Shown here: positions 37,568 through 49,845 of the stretch, in pieces
How the letters are laid out: each line of letters starts with the position of its first letter
Numbering within the stretch: the first letter of the stretch is position 1
Assembly (NCBI GenBank): GCA_050273025.1
Contig: CP158635.1
Span: 29,512,001 to 29,576,000 of the forward strand
Length of the DNA stretch: 64,000 nucleotides
Direction: 5' to 3'
Source of the DNA: Cenococcum geophilum
Lineage: Eukaryota
Position numbers and translations under genes: made by a program
Notes under the pieces: generated by a model
Databases searched by the model: none
Told to the model about the DNA's origin: nothing
The model's input: only the letters and a program-made list of their open reading frames with translations

Positions 37568-40500
37568 TATTACGGCACTAGCAGAACTTGGCAGAACTAC
37601 GCACCGGCAAGTTGCCACAGATTGCCGCATATTGCGGTCACGTGACGCGAAGATCGTATATAGCTTTAAGCGGCGCTCCCCTTCTTCTCCTTTCCTTTCT
37701 TTAGCTTTAGATTCTCGTTTATAGACAATCCAATCGTATAGGCTTACGCGACCATTTTGCCGTACTTATATCTCAATTAACTAAGTCGCTAATATTATCT
37801 AAAGCTCACTCTACTCTTTCTTTTTAAGAAGGAACTTAAATATATCTACGAGAACACAGAATAGGACCCTAAGGACATTACTAGGACCATAAAGACAGGA
37901 CCTAAAAGAAAAGAACAGAACCCTAAGAAAAGAACCTATAAGACACGCATAGACCAGAACCCCTAAAGAAATTACCTAGAATTACCTAACACCCCTACCA
38001 CTATGCTATAAACTACAGTAGCAGGTAAAGCAGCTGTAGGACCCTTAAATACTTTAGATAAAGAAATAATTAACGTTTTAACCCCCTAGGCGGAGCTTAC
38101 GGCTGCTAATACTAAAATTAAATAATTGCGAGAGCTGCTTAAAGCTAGAGATACCCCTATATCTAATAATACGTCATTATTAGACAACTAAAGACTTACT
38201 ATAGTCCTTTAGGCCCTATCCTAGCGCCTTAGTAGATCTACTAAGGCCTATGCAGCACTAAAGCAATTAGTAAAGGTTGCGGACCCCCTATTACTTACAA
38301 ACGGAACCGACCCTATATTTAATAATTAGAAGCTCTAATTATGGGACAAGCTTAAAGTTAATATAGACTACTTCCCTAACGCCTAAGCTAGAATAGCCTA
38401 TGTCTTCGGCCGTACTAGCGGAGACGCCTAGATATATTTACGCCTACAATACACTAAAGACTTAGCAGACCCCTTTATCTCTAAAGAAGAAATAATTAAA
38501 TACTTGTCTTCTATTTATAAGGATCCTTTTAAAGTATAAAACGCCCGCCTTAACTATAAAAGCCTAAATATAAAAACAATAGAGACCTTTTCGGCCTTCT
38601 AAACCCGCTTTCTATACCTAGCCAGATAGGCCTAAATCCCCTAAAAAGACCTACTACCAAACCTCTTTAACAAGCTTACCCTAGACCTATAGCGGGCCGT
38701 ATTACTAGCTTATACTACGGCATAGACGTTAAAGGAACTTATAGACTATTGCCTAGCTATTAACTAAGGCCTCCGTTAAATTAAGGCACGCGCCAACCGG
38801 CTAAAAACTAGAAATCTTGTAAACTAGGCCGCAAGTACTATAAGTACGGCCCGTAGTGCCCCGGTATAATTAGTAACTTCTATAGCTAACCTAGTAGCTA
38901 GCCGCGCAGCTACCCCTACTATAGGCCTAGTATACACCTAGCCTATATACAGCGACCCCTATATATAGGCCCTTAGCAATTAAAAAGCTTGCTTCTTATA
39001 CGGTTAAATAGGCTACCCTATAAAAAACTGCCTAATAAAGGTAAGGACAAATAAGGTCCTATTAATTTAGAAGGATAGTACGGAGCCAGAAAAAGAGGAA
39101 CCCTAGAGGAAGACTTCTTTCTAGGGTTAAAAGGGATTAATATGTTATATATTAATCTAGGTTAGCTAGTTAGTAGAAGAAGCTATACTATCCCTTATAC
39201 TTTATTTCGTAATAGATATTAAGTTTTAACCTCTACTTTAGCTGACTTAAGAGTAAATGCCTTTACTTTAATTAATATAAAGTGTGCTATAAAACTAGCT
39301 AACTTTTTAAATACACCTCTTAAAGAACTGCCTAAACTAATCCCTATTTATAGTTATAACGGACAAATAGGGCCACCTATTATAACTATCTTACGGATTT
39401 ACCTCCGCGTTAACGGACGAAGGTAGTATAACATCCCCTTTCTTATTACGGACTTAGGAAGCTACAATATAATCTTAAAAAGAAAATAGCTAGCCTATTT
39501 AGGCTTATAGCTTAAAGTACGGAGTAAACGGCTTATCTAGCCCAAAACTCTACCCCTAACCCCTTCCTTTATAAAAGAAATTAGTATTATAATAGAAAAC
39601 CTTATACGGCCTTAGATTAATACTATTTACTAGGCCAATACTATACGCAGAAACTAGGCCTTTAAGAAGGACATACAGCTTAACCCGCAACGGATCCATA
39701 TACTACGCCGCCCCTAGACTACCTATATTATGCCACCCGCACTAAAGACCTAAGAAGTTAATAGTAACCTAGCTAAGTTCCCTATAGAGAACCCTACAAA
39801 GCTATAAAGGAAAGCTAGGGATATTAGACGCTATACTAAACTAATAGATAGGAAGGACAACTTACGGAAAATAGAATGTAAACTAAGGAAGACTATAAAC
39901 CCTATACCACAAACCACGGCCTAACGGACGCTAAAGAAACCCATAGACCTTCTACCAGTTAATATCTACTATATTAGCGCTATAGGATTCTACTAGAACC
40001 TAGTTTAGCCTAATACCGTTACCTTTATAACTAGCCTATACAAAATTAACTAAATAATTAAGGAAAAGGAAAGCGAGCCTAGTAGATAGGAAAGTAGGCT
40101 TATAGATAAAGAACTAGTGGAGCAAAAACTGCCCAATTAACACCGGAAATTCAAGGACGTATTCTTTAAGGCAGTATCTAATATACTTCCACCCTACTAA
40201 CTATATAACTACAAGATTAAGATTAAGTAAGATAAGGGAAGTACCCTTAGCTTTAGCCCTCTCTACCTATAGTCTATTACCAAATTACAGGCCATAAAGT
40301 AGTACCTTATTAATAACCTAAATAAGGGCTTTATCAAGCCTAGCTAAGCCCCTTTTAACTTACCTATTCTCTTTATTAAAAAGCTAAATAGAGAACTGCG
40401 CTTCTGTATTAACTACTGTAAGCTAAATAATATAACCCGTAAGGACCGCTACCCGCTACCCTTACTTAATAAGACTCTTACCCAAATAAGTAGAGCTAAG

Positions 40501-43500
40501 GTTTTTATAAAGCTTAATATCCGCTAGGCCTTTTACCGAATTAGGATAAACCCTAGGTCTAAAGATCTTACTACATTCCGGACCTGTTACAGGATGTATA
40601 AATATAAGGTACTTCCTTTTAGACTAACTAATAGACTAGCTACATACTAGCGGTATATAAACGATATACTTTTTAACTACCTTAACAACTTCTATACGGC
40701 CTATTTAGATAATATTATAATCTATTTAGAGAACAAACTAAAACACAAGGAGCACGTCTATAAAGTCCTACAACGGCTTCGCGAAGCTGGCCTCTAGGCC
40801 GATATTAAAAAGTTAGAATTTAGTGTTAAGCGTATAAAGTACCTAGGTTTTATTATTAGCATAGATGGAATTAAGGCCGACCTAGAGAAAACAACCGTAA
40901 TTAACTAGTGGACGCCCCCTTGGACCGTAAAGGGGGTGCAATTATTTTTAGGTTTCTATAACTTCTACTAACGCTTTATTAAGAACTATAGTAGGATCGC
41001 CTGGCCTCTTAACTGCCTTACTAGGAAAAACCAGCCCTTTTACTTTAACGCCATATATATGCAGGCCTTTAATAAGCTTAAAAAACAGCTAGTATCGGCC
41101 CCCCTACTTACCTACTTTAACCCAAAACGGCCCTTAATACTAAAAACTAATGCCTTAAACGGCGCGATAGCCGGTGTTTTTCTCTAAAAGTAACTAGACG
41201 GAGAATAGTACCCTATCGCATACTATTTAAAGACTATAATAGATGCTAAACTAAACTACTACATCCATGATAAAGAAATGCTGGCTATTATCTCTAGCTT
41301 TTAGCACTGGTGTATATAGCTAAAGGGGACCCCTAAACCTATTAAAGTAGTATTAGATTATAAGGCCTTAGAATACTTTATAATAACTAAGGCCCTTATA
41401 GCCCGGCAGGCACGCTAGGCGGATATCCTATCTTAGTTTAACTTCTTAATTATATATAGACCAGGCGCTGCAAACCGTATAGATACTTTTACTAGGCGTA
41501 AATAAGACCTAGGTGACTATACGGCTATAAAGATCTTATTACGGACCTAGACGCTACTACGACTAGAGCACCTTAACCCCTAAATATAGGCAGAACTAAG
41601 TACAGACCCCTTAGGCGCCGAGATATATCCTATTAACCCTTTAGGACTTAACTTAATCGATAAATTACTGTAGATAAACTATACGGCCCCTTCTCTATAG
41701 GAGTACCATAAAAAGGCAAAGAACGTTACTAGCCCATAGTCCCTTAAAAATGGATTACTTAAGCATTAGGAACGGCTGGTAGTAGTAAAAAAACAGAACT
41801 TATGGACTCGGCTTATTGCTAAAGCATATACCTAGGTTTTTACAGCCTACCCCAGAAAGAATAAGACCCGTAGGATTATTAGCGACCGCTACTACTAGCC
41901 TGGAATGGTTATAGATATTAACCGCTATATACAGAACTATAATAACTGCTGTAGGTCTACAATCCTATGAGATAAGACCCTAGGACTATTAAAACCCCTC
42001 CTAATACCTAACCGCCCCTAGCAATATATCTCTATAGACTTTTATAAGCTACCTCTAAACCGTAACGGATATAATATAGTTATAATCCTAGTTAACCGCT
42101 TTAGCAAGCGCCCGTTTTTAATTCCCTATTATAAAAATATTAATGCTAAAGAGGCAGCCTAACTGTATATCCACTACGTCTACCGAATTTACGGACTACT
42201 AAACACTATTATATCTAACCACGGGCCGTAGTTTATATTAGCCTTTTGGAATAAGTTTACTCGGATCCTAGGCATTAAGCTAAAGCTTTTTATAGTATAT
42301 CACCCCCAAACAAACGGTTAAACGGAGATTGTAAATTAATACTTAGACTAGAGACTCTAGCCTTTCATTAACTACTTCTAGGATAACTAGGCTAAACTAT
42401 TACCCTTAATAAACTACGCCCAAGCAACCCTACCCCACGACTCTACCAGATTTGCCCCTATTTAACTAGAAATGGGTTACCTACCCTATATAAGCTTTAA
42501 CTAGGAAAGACTAAAAGGGCCCTAAACTATACGCGAAAAACTATCTTATAAGGAAGCCTAGCAGTACGCTAAGCGCTTAGAAGAAGCCTAGAAAGTAGCC
42601 TATATAAACCTAGAAAAGGCCTAAAAATTAATAAAATAGCAGGCAAATAAGTATAGGCGCGAGCCTGACTTTACTATAGGCGATATAGTTTAGGTTATAA
42701 TAAAGAACTAAAAAATAGAACGGCCTAGCCATAAGCTAGACTATAAGATAGTAGGACTATATAAGATTCTTAATAAAGTAGGCAACTCGTATAAGGTTAA
42801 GCTCCTAAACTTAATTAAAGTCCACCCTATCTTCTTACTAAATAAGCTATGGAAAGCTGTAAATAACCTACTACCTAGATAAAAGAATGAACCTCCCCTA
42901 CTAATTTAAGTTAACGACGATAATAAATAGGAAATTAAAGAAATACTAGCCTATAAACTTATAAAGGGAACGTTAAAGTATCGTGTTAGTTGGAAAGGAT
43001 ATAACCCAGACCCCACTTAGTACCCTGTATAGAACTTTATAGGTAGCCCCTATAAGCTTTAAAAGTTTTATAGCCGTTACCCTAATAAACCCGGACCGCT
43101 AAAGTACCTAGATAAGTAGATAGAATGCTAGTATAATAAAGACGATAAGCTACTAAAAGAACATAAGGATAAAAACGCCCTAGAAATTTCTTAGTTATAT
43201 AAGGTGTTAAGATATCTAGGAACTTCAACCGGCAGTTAAAGTTATCTAATTGGTTAGATTCTTTTATTAAGACTTTTAGCGGCAAAGCCTAAGGGCAGGC
43301 TTTTTTGGAGGGGGGGGTAATATTACGGCACTAGTAGAACTTAGCAGAACTACGCACCAGCAAGTTGCCACAGATTGCCGTATATTGTGGTTACGTGACA
43401 CGAAGATCGTATATAGCTTTAAGCGGCGCTCCCCTTCTTCTCCTTTCCTTTCTTTAGCTTTAGATTCTCGTTTATAGACAATCTAATCGTACAGGCTTGC

Positions 43501-43547
43501 GCGACCATTTTGCCGTACTTATATCTCGATTGACTAAGTCGCTAACA
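37568..43547 (+). mobile_element. Ty3/Gypsy chromovirus B2, full length
   Basis: LTRs 37568-37794 and 43321-43547; TSD ATTAT; PPT GGAGGGGGGGG before 43321; gag ATG 38003, pol to ~43194; the paralogous site at ~31246 is empty. Confidence 0.95.
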
Positions 43548-43725
43548 ATTATCTAAGTAAGGGCTATAGGCTTTTAGTGCTAGCCTTAATTATTAAAACT
43601 AAGGAAGAGGAATTAGCACCAGAGCTAGCTACTCTAGTACCTCTACTATTACCTTTTAAAAAGGTTAAAGGTTTAAACATAAAGATACTATATAGCTCGT
43701 TTTTATTTAGAGGAAAGGTACCTAA

Positions 43726-46700
43726 TATTACGGCTCGTATAAATGCCTCTAAACTAAAGCTTATAGAATACTATATTACGAAGATACTAAGCTAAAGAGA
43801 AGGAAAAGGGGTTGCTAGGACCGATGTAAACAAATATATAAAGTAAGCCGCCAAGGCGCTAGCTTTAGGCGGGCCAATTATAGGTCGGCAGAATATAGTA
43901 GAATTTAGCAGGTAACGTACAATAGCGCCGTTATATCACCCCCCTCTTTAAAAGAAAGCCTGCCCTTAGGCTTAGTTAGAAATAGGGTAGCACTAGGCTT
44001 ATAAACATAGGATTATAAAATATAAGATAAGAAGATAAAGGGAATATAAGTACGTCTAGACTAAGTATAAAGGGCGATTATAGGCTAAGTGAAAGCACTA
44101 GGCTAGAAAGAGTAGCCGCTAAAAGTCTTAGCACGGATCTAACCAATTAGACAACTTTAACCGGCGGTCAAAGTTCCTAGATATCTGAAATTTTACGGTA
44201 CTGGCAGAAAACGGTAGAATTTGGTAGACAGCTATATTAGGGCTTTAGGGCGTTTTTGTCCCTATGTTCTTCCAGTAACTTATCGTCTTTATTATACTAG
44301 CATTCTATCTATTTATCTAGGTACTTTAGGGGTTTAGGCGTATTAGGGTATTAGTTATAGAATTCTTTAAGCTTCTAGGGGCAGCCTATAAAGTTCTATA
44401 TAGGGTACTAGGTTAGGTTAAGATCGTAGCCCTTCTATTAAATATAGTATTTTAGCGTTCCCCGTACTATCTTACAGGCCAGTATTTTATTAACCTCCTA
44501 TTTATTATCACCGTTTACTTAAACTAGTAGGGAAGGCTTATTCTTTTATCTAGGCAATAGGTCATTTATAGCTTTCCATAACTTATCTAGTAAGAAGATA
44601 GGGTAAACCCTAATTAAATTTGGGAGCTTTATCTTATACAAGTTACCTATCTTTTTAAGAACCTTATACGGTCCTGCTATCTAGTAGTCTAGCTTACAGC
44701 TAGGTTATTTAGTTTTCTAATTCCTTATTATAACCTAGACTATATCGCTAGGGGCAAAATCGGGCTCTTAACGGTGTTTGTTCGCCTACTATTCCATTGA
44801 CCTCTAAGCTTTTTTTAGGTTCTTACGGGCTACCATCTAGGCTTCCTCTAATCGTTTAGCGTACTATTAGGCCTTAGCATAGAATAGCTTCTCTTATATA
44901 GTCTAGGGTTCTTCTAGCCTTTTCTAGTTAAAGCTTATATAGGGTAAGTATCCCATTTCTAGCTAAATAGGGGCAAACCCTGTAGAGTTATAGGGTAGGG
45001 TTGCTTACGCGTAGTCCATTAAGGGTAGTAGTTTAAACTAGTTGTTCTAGAAATAGTTAATAAAGGGCCTAAGCCTCTAGTCCAGGTACTAATTTATAAT
45101 CTCTGTCTAACCGTCTATCTAGGGGTAATAAGCCATAGAAAGCCTTAGCTTAATGCCTAAGATCTAGGTAAACTTATTCTAAAAGGCTAATATAAACTAT
45201 AGCCTATAATTAGACATAATAGTATCTAGTAGTCCGTAGATTCGGTAAACGTAATAGACATATAGCTAGGCTACCTCTTTAGCATTAATATTCTTATAAC
45301 AGGGAATTAAGAACGGGCGTTTACTAAAGCGGTCGACTATAACTATAACTATATTATATCCGTTACGGTCCCTAGGTAGTTTATAAAAGTCTATAAAGAT
45401 ATACTGCTAAGGGCGCCCTAGTATTAGGAGTGGCTTAAGTAGTCCTAGGGTCTTATCCCGTAGGATTATAGCTCTCCTATAGTCTTCGCAGTTCCATATA
45501 TATTAATTAATATCCATAACCATTCTTAGCTAGTAGTAGCGGCAGTTAATAATTGTACGGGTCTTATTCTTACTAGGGTATACCGTAGAAACTTAGCAAT
45601 AAACTTTACGGATTAATTTAGTCCGTAGATTATTAATATTAGGGACTATAAGCCGCTCCTAATATAGAAGCAATCCTTCCTCCGTTTTAAAATCGGGATC
45701 TCCTTTTACGGCTTATTTACGGAGGGCCCTTAAGGCGTCAGCCATGCGGTTTATAGTTAGGAGGCAGTTAATTAGCCCTATTAACTTATCTAAGGACTCC
45801 TTTATTAGTGCTAGCTTGTTTTACTAAGAGTCTAGCTCCTTAAGGATCCGCGGGTTAAGCTATTCTAGATAGAGGAGGGCGCGCGTCCAATATTAGGTCT
45901 TTAGCTTATCCTAGGGTCCTATGTCTTATTTTCTTTAGGTTAGGGCATTAGCCTTAAAGTTTTGCTTACTAGAACAATATATAATTATAATAAAGAATTA
46001 AGAGAGTATTTCGGCCTACTGGGCTTATTATTTAGTAAGCTGCTTTATAGTTATAAAGTACTCTAGGGCTTTATAATCTATATATATCTTAATCTAGGAG
46101 TTTATACCTTTAAGCTCTACGCGCTATTAGGAGAGTAATTAAATAATAGCTAGCATTTCTTTATTATATACTTTATAGTTATACTTAGCCGGGTCTATTA
46201 TCTTTAAGAAAAAAGCTATAGGGTACCATTCGCCGTCTAAATATAACTGTAATAGGATTCCCGCTATAACCCTATTAAAGGCGTCTGTTTCTAGCATTAA
46301 TTTAAGGTCCAGGTTATAGTAACAAAGAATTAGGGAAGAAATAAGCCGATCTTTTATCTCTTTAAAGGCTTTTATATAGCGATTATTAAAGATAAAAGGC
46401 ATATTCTTCCTGGTTAGTTATATAAGAGGTTTTACCACAATTCCGTAATTATAGATAAACTAGTGGTAGAAGTTACAAAAGCTAAGGAAGGATTAAATTC
46501 CTTTTACTATATAAGGGGGCTTCCAGTTACAGATTACCTCTACCTTCTTAGGGTTAACCTTAATTCCTTTTATAGTTATAATAAACCTAAGGTATTTTAT
46601 ACGTTTTACCCCAAACTCGCATTTCTTAATATTAACTTATAAGCCTATGTTCCGTAGTCTTTCCAGGACCTTCTTAATATAAACTTAATACTTAAGTTCG

Positions 46701-49700
46701 TCGTCTAAGTATATAAGAATGTCGTCTAGGTATACCATGCAGAATTTATTAAGGTAATTAAAAAGAACGTTATTTATATACCTTTAGTACGTAGCCGGTC
46801 CGTTTATTAGTCTAAAAGGAAGAACTTTATATTTATAGGAACTATAACGGGTACGGAACGTTATTAAATCTTTAGATATAGGGTTTATCCTAATTTGGTA
46901 GAAAGCTTAGCGGATATTAAGTTTAGTAAAGATTTTTGCCTAGCTTAGACGTATAAGGGTCTTATTAATTAAAGGAATAAGATACCAATTCTTTTAAGTA
47001 ATAGCATTTAGCTTTTAATAGTCAATACAAAAACAAAGGCCTCTATTAGGCTTTTTTACAAACAGGATAGGGGAAGTAAAAGGGGCTTAACTTAGCTTAA
47101 TAAACCCTTTATCCAGGTTGTTAATTAAGTACTACTTTATTACTTTTAGCTTATCCGTTAATTAATAGTAGAGGGGGCTATAGCCTAGCGAGTTATTAGC
47201 TTCTAATTAAATCTTATAATTATACGTCCGGTAGAGGGGTAACTTGTCTAAAGCCGCCTTTAAGAATGTATCCTTATAGTCTATATAAATAGTAAAAAGG
47301 AGGCGTTTAACTAGTTCCTTATCGGTTTCCTTAGCTAGCCTTTCCTCTCTATTATTAATAATTCAGTTAATCTTATATAGGCTCATTATAAAGACCTTAT
47401 TATTCTTCCGGTATATATTAAAGTAAAACGCTATAGCGCTAATTGCGGCAATATTTACGGTGGGGGGGTTGCCTAATAATAGGGGCGTACGTAACTTTAG
47501 GGACTTTTAGGGTACTGGCGTTATTGTTACTCCTTTTAGCTCCTATTATATCTTTTAGAGGTTATCCCTTATATCCTATTAATACGTTCTTTTCCATACT
47601 AGTTAGATCTATGCGATTTAGATATCGTCTACGTCACTATCTATCCCGCTTCCATACGTAGAGTCCTCTTTAAACGTAGCGCTTTAGGAGAGTATCTTTA
47701 TTAGTATAGAGTTCTTTCTAGCTTTATAGCGGGCGTCTTTTTAGGTAAAGGCTAGGTCACAGGCCTGGACATCCTACTAGTAGGTAGAGTTAGCCCTTAC
47801 GGCTAGTGTCTTATAGTTAGTTTAGATCTCCCTAATAAAGGAGGGCAACCTCGGTCTATTCTCTGGCTAAATAAACCGTTTTTATATCGTGGGACCCTAG
47901 GTCTAGGATGCAAAAGGGGATACCATATTAGCGTTATCCGTTAAGAGCGATATATAACTTTAAGACGTAGGTAATAGGCTAACTAGCTTAGCCGTTATAG
48001 CCTTTTACCTAGACAGGCTTCTCTAGTCAGATGGCTTCTATATTTAGAAACTTAGCAATATTATTCGCATAGGCAGTATTTATAAAGGCGAAGCTATTTA
48101 CTTTAGTGTTAATAAGGGCGGTTATATTAACTCTATATCTATTTTAAGATACTATATATAGAACTATAAAATACTTTCTACCTATTAACTAACTAAGATT
48201 AATCTCTTTAAGATCGATAGGGTACCCTAGGGGGGAGTCTTTCCCTAGGGTTCTTCTTTTCCCGACTCATTTAACGTTTCTCCTTCCTCCATCTCCTTAA
48301 TATCGCCTATATCCTTTAGCTCCGGGCAGGATAAGGTAAAGTAACCCTACTTATTATAGTTGTAGTACGTAGCTAAGGTAGGGTCAATTAGAGTATTACG
48401 GCGAATACTAGTCGATAGTGTAGTACGTAACTAGTTAGGCAAGGCTTGCCAATATATAGTTATAACCGCCTTTAGTATAAGAGCAGTTATAACTTATCTT
48501 CTTACTCTAGCTCCTATAGGTATAGCTAGCGAGTTTTAATCGTTATAGAGTTGCTTCTACTAATTAGGGTAGGCGTTAATCCGCTTTAGTTCTAAGTCTA
48601 ATAATAGGCAATAAGCTATAAGTCTTTTATAGGTTAGTAGGTTATCTAAGGCTATAGCGATCTTTTCTTATAGCCGGATTATTAGCTTATTGTATAGGTC
48701 TAATCGGTAGTTCTTAAGGGGAACCTAGCCTTCTTCTGTAAAGTATAGGAATTAAGTCTAGAATTTAGTAAAGGGTTAGTTTAGTTTTATTATTAGGCAA
48801 TTAAAGTTATAATAGGTATCCTATACTTTGTTTGGGTTAATATAGATAGCCGCTAGGTGCTGTATTATCTCGTTAACAGATATAAATTAGATAGGGGAGT
48901 TGTCCTTAAACTTGGCTTAAAGGTGCCGTTAGGCGTCCCTAGTAGTTTAACTAAAGAGGTAGAGTATTTTAGCTTCTTTAGAAAGAAAATGGTTGTAGTT
49001 AACGCGGAGCTTTCCTTATGCTTAAATCCTCTAATTCTTAAAGGTAGGGTCTATCCCGTTAAATAGTAGTAGGGGGTTAAGGAGCTTAACGGACTTTAAT
49101 TACTTTGTTATTATATCCGTACTCCCTAGTATATCGCATTTAGTAGAGTAAATAGGTCGGCTAGGGCTTTAAAAAGGGGAAGCTAGGCTATTTTATAGGG
49201 CCGCGAGGCTTTCTAGGATCTCTTGTAGGGTCTCTTATATATTTCTTACTTTAAGACGATTGGCTTTCTAGCTAGCTACGAGGGCGTAAATCTACTCGCG
49301 TACGTCTATAATGTTATTATTGCCTTTAATTTCTAATCCTAATTAGATCTTAGGTTCCTTTTAGGTAAAGGCAGCTCTCTTAAATAAGCTTACTTTAGGT
49401 GCCATTGTTAGCTTCCTAAGGTTCGTTAGTATTATATGCTTTAGTTTTAATTCCGGGGGTATAGGTCCAGTCCTGTCTGGCTTATAAGGTAGGATATTAT
49501 CTAGGCCTTCCCAGGTAATGTAGAGTTGTTTTAGTGTCTAAGTATAGCGCGTTAATACGTCGTTGCAGACGAAGTTTCTTTAGGGTGGGATATTATTGAG
49601 GCCTTCCTAGGCAAGGTAGGGTAAGCTTAGTATAATATTACGGCTCGTATAAATGCCTCTAAACCGAAGCTTATAGAATGCTATATTACAAAGATACTAA

Positions 49701-49845
49701 GCTAAAGAGAAGGAAAAGGGGTTGCTAGGACCGATATAAACAAATATATAGGGTGAGCCGCTAAGGCGCTAGCTTTAGGCGGGCCAATCGCAGGTCGGCA
49801 GAATTTGGCAGAATTTGGCAGGTAACGTGCAATAGCGCCATTACA
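43726..49845 (-). mobile_element. Ty3/Gypsy chromovirus C, full length (distinct LTR family)
   Basis: 210-bp LTRs 43726-43935 and 49636-49845; TSD CCTAA; antisense PPT after 43935; gag ATG 49405; RT YLDDILIY ~46710-46733; LETDAF and WYPIAF in the 46139-46402 ORF. Confidence 0.95.
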
